The notes below the pieces were generated by a model. It had not been told where the DNA came from and did not search any database. It was given only the letters and a program-made list of their open reading frames with translations. From assembly GCA_964019335.1 (NCBI GenBank), contig OZ025658.1, positions 434,001 through 498,000 of the forward strand: a DNA stretch of 64,000 bases, in the 5' to 3' direction. Within the stretch, counting starts at the first letter, position 1. Each line of letters opens with the position of its first letter. Source of the DNA: Diplonema japonicum. Lineage: Eukaryota > Protista > Euglenozoa: Diplonemea. Below, piece after piece: positions 59,077 to 64,000 of the stretch. Made by a program: the position numbers and the translations under genes.

Positions 59077-60371
59077 GGTGTGTAACGTGCCTTGTGCTAA
59101 ATGTACCCTCCCCTCCCAACATATCCTGGCTTTCCGACCTCCCGAAAAAAGAAGGGAGGCATTCTGGTGCTTTCTCGGCGTCTTGAAATGCACTTTAGTC
59201 CTTTCGGGTGGAGTTAAGCAGCCTCTGGGGTGGAGAGAGAGAGAGAGAGAAGATCACTCGCTCCACTACCCAGTTATGGGTATTCTGTTATGCCCCCTCC
59301 TATCTAATCCCCCCCCCCCCCCCCCCCCTGGACACCAAGCTGCTTTTTGTGCCTGTTGGTATTCCATGGCCCGTCTGCGGTCAAATAGGGTGATGTGGCC
59401 TGATGGGGGAAAAAAAGAGAGTTAAAATTTTGAATGAGAAAAAAAAAAAACCAAGCAAACACCCCTCCCCTTATCTAGGCACAGGGTCAGAAGTCATAAT
59501 GTTTTTCTTTTTTCTTTTTTTCTTTTTTTTTTTGTTAAATTGGGTTTTACACACTCACTATTATTTTTTTGTCTGCCCTGGGAAAGAACTCTTCAAAGTT
59601 CATTAACGGACTAATGTAGTATTCCCCATTTTTTGTTTTATTTAAAAAAAAAATCCTGTGCGCCTCCTCTTGCTGCCCCGGTGCATGGCAAGATGGAGTG
59701 TCACCTCTCTTTTTTTTCCAGCCACTCTCCCTCTCCCTCCCTTCCCCTGCACACACATTTTAGGTCACCGCTCTTTTTCCCCCAGCCCAGTTCACGCCTT
59801 TCACGCGGCTTCCCCCCCCCCCCTTTTTTTTGCTTTGTTGTTGCATAGAATGGGCTTAAAAAAAGAAGAGGGGGGGTACTTGTTACACCCGTTTGTTGAA
59901 TCTTCCACATGTTTCTCCTTTCTTCTGCAAAGAAGAGTGTCTATGAGGGCCTCTTCTCCCCCTTTTTTTTCCCCCCTCCTCGTTTCTTAAGTTTCTACAC
60001 AAAAAAAAGCTGTTTTTGCAGCTTGGGGTGAGGCCCACACCACTTGTCTAATAGAAAATCTTTTTTTTTTCTTTGAATACACAATAGGGAAGCACCCTCC
60101 CCCTTTTTATGTTAAAGTTGAAGTAATGCAAATCCAGCTCTACCCTAGTAGATATGCCCACTTCACATGCCATTAGGTTCCCCTCAAGCACGCTAGGCAG
60201 TGCTGTAGTGGCTTTAGCCTTCTACAGGGGTTCGCTATGGAGGGGGAAAAATTGTCCCCCCCCCTTTTTTTTACTATCCCTTAGTTTACTCCATTCAGTT
60301 TGTTGCTTGTATGTTCCACAAGAAGGGCCGTTCACAGGGTTCGTGGTGGAATGGAGTAAAATTGAGGAGAG

Positions 60372-60404
<33 letters not shown>

Positions 60405-60530
60405 TAAGCATACGGAAATAGAAGTTTTTTTTTTATATTCTCTTTTCTTTTCTTTTGTTTTAAACAAAATTCTGCCCTGCTGTCGGGACAAACTAGTTGT
60501 TGGCAGTGCAAATATAGTTATTTTTATTAG

Positions 60531-62296
60531 CCCCTAAACGCCCGGAGCCTATCTACGGTACCCCCCCCCATTTTCGTTGTTGTTTTGAATACTCAAAAAA
60601 AGGGCAGCATGCAACCATAGGAAGGTGCAAGGAAAGGGTAAACGGTACTAAAATTTTCAATTCCAGGTGCCAGATTCAGATGAGAACACTTAACTATGTG
60701 TGTAAGAGGGGGGTTGAGGGGGTACTTTTTATGTCCGATTTTGGGGGGTCTTGTCGTGGGGGGTCCGTGGAGTTATGGCTGGGCTAAATAGGGCAGCATT
60801 CAGCCCTATTTGGTGCCCTGAACTCTAGGATTGAGGTCAGTCTGGAGACTTTTTGGGGCTGTGGGATGAAAAAAGCAACTTGTGAGTTTTTTTTCCAGCT
60901 GGGGTAGCATGCAAGGGTAAAAAACACGTTTTGCATAAGGGGGTTTTGCAACAGGGGCACCACGTTTGCACCTTCTTCCCGCACCCAGGAACAGCACAGA
61001 GCACCCACCTCACCTTCGTTCCGTTCATCATGGTCTCGGAGGTGTGATTTAGGGTCAAATCGAGACGTTTTGGGTATTTCTGAGTGAGGGAATCCTCATT
61101 GCTAGCGTGTTTGCGCTTGGGGGTCGGTGACGGTGTTGTCGGGGGTGTGTGCTATCGGTTTTTGGGGTATGGGTGAGAAGCTTCTTTGAAGCTCGGGAAG
61201 CCATAATTTTTGCCACATTCCTTGCTCTTCTTCCAGATTATGGAGGAGTTGGCAACACAGCTTTCCAGGACCCAATAAAAAACGACCATGGTCCACTTCC
61301 GGGTTTTCATATGCCGAACTCCAGTCCCCTGGAGCTGGTCTTGCCGGTCAGGGGTCGACAGCAAACCCTTAAGTCGACAGCACGCATGACTAGGTCCTGT
61401 GTTGTGGACTTTTTGCTGAAAATGTTGAAATTCGCCAGGTAACAGTTTTATGAGTCGCATGTAGCGACTACCTTGATGCCCACCGAGTTGTTTTTTCGTG
61501 GTTCCATGACTTTTATTGTTGTCGGGATAACACTGTCGTCAACAGACAACCACTTGCCAGGGATCCGCACAGTCCTACACCGGTTGACAATGATGTCAAG
61601 AGACCTACGCATGAGGCGCAGTTTCAGGCCTTACTGATGTTTCCAGGTTGTCAAAGGTCGGCGCTGTATGTCAACGAATCGGTTTCCTCATTTTCTCAAA
61701 AGCCGGGATGGTTAAATTAGAATTTGTTGTCCAGTAGCTCTTCATATTCGGTGCCGAGCGCAACCCCATTAACAGGACCAACCCAAGCCAAATTTTGTAC
61801 TCTGGGATGGAAGGATTCAGATTCCGCTGTTTTTTTGAACCGAAACGACCGTTCGTGGAAGAAACTATGAGCTCAAGGACCGCGTGTGTAAAAAAAAAAG
61901 ATTTAAAACACCCTCCTCATTGGCCGCTTCACCTAGAGGTGTCCTAAGCCCACCTTTTTACGGAAATGATATGTTTCGGGCCTTTGGGAGTATTTCTCCC
62001 ACCCAAGCATCGTTTCCGGCCCCTCTTTGACCGCCTCATCGTCTTTTTCTTCTTTATCTGACCAGTCGGGGGAGACTCACGTTTTCGCTGCTATTTTGAC
62101 CATCTGATTTCATTTTAAGCCAACCCTGCCGGTTTCAATTAAAACAAAACTTTTAACGCAAAATGTAGTCCAAGACAAAATAAACCGCGCAACAATGCCA
62201 TATTTTGAAGTCCACGGGCCGTGTTCAAAAAAAAGTACTTAGCGAAAAAGCAAATTTTGAAATAAGGACAAAAACGTCCGCGCGGGCGTTTAGGGG
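60531..62296 (-). mobile_element. Degenerate, internally deleted piggyBac-family DNA transposon; 14-bp TIRs; TTAG target-site duplication
   Basis: TIRs CCCCTAAACGCCCG (60531-60544) and CGGGCGTTTAGGGG (62283-62296), with TTAG on both sides. Transposase fragments: LFFTHAVLELIVSSTN, EYKIWLGLVLLMG...YW, PGKWLSVDDSVIP...GIK...CDS*, DRQDQL, TRKWTMVVFYW...N, and Cys-rich tail CPCCKTPLCKTCF..LH. Confidence 0.92.
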
Positions 62297-63607
62297 TTAG
62301 GTAAAAACAGACGCTTGTATGCACGGACAAAAAAAAAGGATCGCGAAAACTAGTTTTTTTTTTTTTTTAAAGTTCTCGAACAAAAGAAGAAAAAAAAAAG
62401 AATGATTGTGGCAAAGGTGGAAGAAAGGGTGAAAATAAAGTTACCACCTTTTTTGTACCATACCCCTGTTATTTTTATTTTTTAAATTCTTATTTTAGTT
62501 TTATAAACTACAGCACAACACCAAAGGAAAAAAAAAAAAAAAAACCCGCAAACCCAAAGAAACCAAAATAAATCAACGTAGCTTTGTATTTCTCGGGAGG
62601 GGTGCTCGAATATTTTACTAAACTATAAGATTTTTTCTTAAAAAAAAAAGTTCTTTTTTTTTATCTTTTAGATTTTTTTTTATTTCAATTTTGAAGAACA
62701 AAAAAAAGGGGGCCTTTCTTTTGGGAGGAGGGAAAGCGCGGAAAGTAGCTTTTTTTTTTAAGAAAAAGAAAAAGAAAGACATTCCTGCCTTTCGTTCCCC
62801 TCCCTCTCAAAGAAAAAAAAATATACCCCCCAAAAAAAACAGAAAAGATAATCCATAGTTTTTTGCACACGCTCTTGTGTTTTTTTTTCTCCTTTTTTGG
62901 GGGGGGTTTCTTTTTTGTGATAAGAGTTTCCCCTCTTATTAATTTTTTTTTTCAATACCCGCAACATATAAGTGAAAAACCTTATTCGACTTCTCTGCCT
63001 CGCTGCTGCAATTAGTAAATTGGGAAAGAAAAAAAAAGATAACAATTTTATATTTTTTTGTTTATTTACCCCCCCCCCCCCCCCTTTCTCCCTATCCTAT
63101 TTTGCTTTCGACGAGGACACCAAGTAAAAATAAAATAATATAAAAGAAAAACTACACCCTCCTCACCACACTTTTTTTTAGTTATTTATCCCCCCCCCCC
63201 TTGGCGTGTCTCCGTGTTACAAACCAAAAAAAAAATAGTAATGAAAAAAAAAACCCATTTACCCATCCCTCTGTCACGCCCGCCAGTATAGCTGAGCAGG
63301 AGCTGACACTCTGTTATATATTTCTTTTTATTCCACATTTCCCCCCCTCCCTTTTTTTTTGAATCCACCCAATAGTCCAAGGGACATACACGCTTTTTTT
63401 TTCTTCTTCCCCCCTTTTTTTTTCTTCTCCCTCTTTCTTACCTCTGTTCCTCCCCACCCCCTTCTTTTTTTTATACCTTTTCCCCCCTCCAACGGGATGG
63501 ACCATCCTCCCCATTTTTATTTACCTCCCCCCTTTTGTACAAAAAAAACTCCATTCGCCCCCTTTTTTTATTAAAAAAAAATTAAAAGGAAGAGGGGACC
63601 ACGAAAC

Positions 63608-63906
63608 ATGGCACCTGTTGTGAGCAAAGTGGAACTTAACTGCTTGGTGTACAAGTACCTGAAGGAAGCATGCCCAGCAGCAGGAAAGGCCTTTAAGAAA
63701 AGCGACGGGATTGTGATAGATGAGGCAGCGTGCAGCAAGATCTTCGGGGAGAAGACGCTCAAGGACCTCACACAGAACCTCACCACCAGGCCCGCATCTT
63801 CATCTTCCTCATCCTCATCCTCGTCTGACAGCGACAGCGACAGCGACAGCGACGAGCCGAAAAAACAGCCCACCCCTAAGACAGCCCCCAAAGTAGCTAA
63901 CAAGGA

Positions 63907-63951
<45 letters not shown>

Positions 63952-64000
63952 TGACAGCGACAGTGACGAGCCCAAGAAACAGCCCACCCCCAAAGCCGCC
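63608..64000 (+). CDS. Nopp140/SRP40-like nucleolar phosphoprotein, 5' part (truncated by window end)
   Basis: LisH-like start VELNCLVYKYL, then alternating poly-Ser/Asp and K/P/A-rich blocks. Confidence 0.75.

Overview
Eukaryotic nuclear DNA, most likely a diplonemid or related euglenozoan. This is inferred from the euglenozoan-type alpha-tubulin ([20 protein letters not shown]-terminal [14 protein letters not shown]), tightly packed co-directional genes, pyrimidine tracts upstream of start codons and cis-spliceosomal introns. All credible genes from 632 to 41980 are on the minus strand and all from 48902 onward are on the plus strand. Between them lies a ~7 kb divergent strand-switch region filled with nested non-autonomous repeats. 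Main observations: (1) a GILT thiol reductase with an in-frame TGA at the first Cys of its CxxC motif (UPGC) and a candidate elongated SECIS in its 3' UTR, i.e. a probable selenoprotein that the ORF track splits in two; (2) at least 14 mini-introns of 31-41 nt that are A/C-rich and lack polypyrimidine tracts; (3) a local CpG-to-TpG/CpA erosion gradient centred in the strand-switch region, suggesting site-specific CpG methylation; (4) a degenerate piggyBac element with a non-canonical TTAG target duplication, whose empty site is also in the window; (5) a ~2.7 kb imperfect palindrome and a 125 bp nested foldback in the switch region; (6) several likely pseudoenzymes. Gene models and family calls come from manual reading; no database searches were run.
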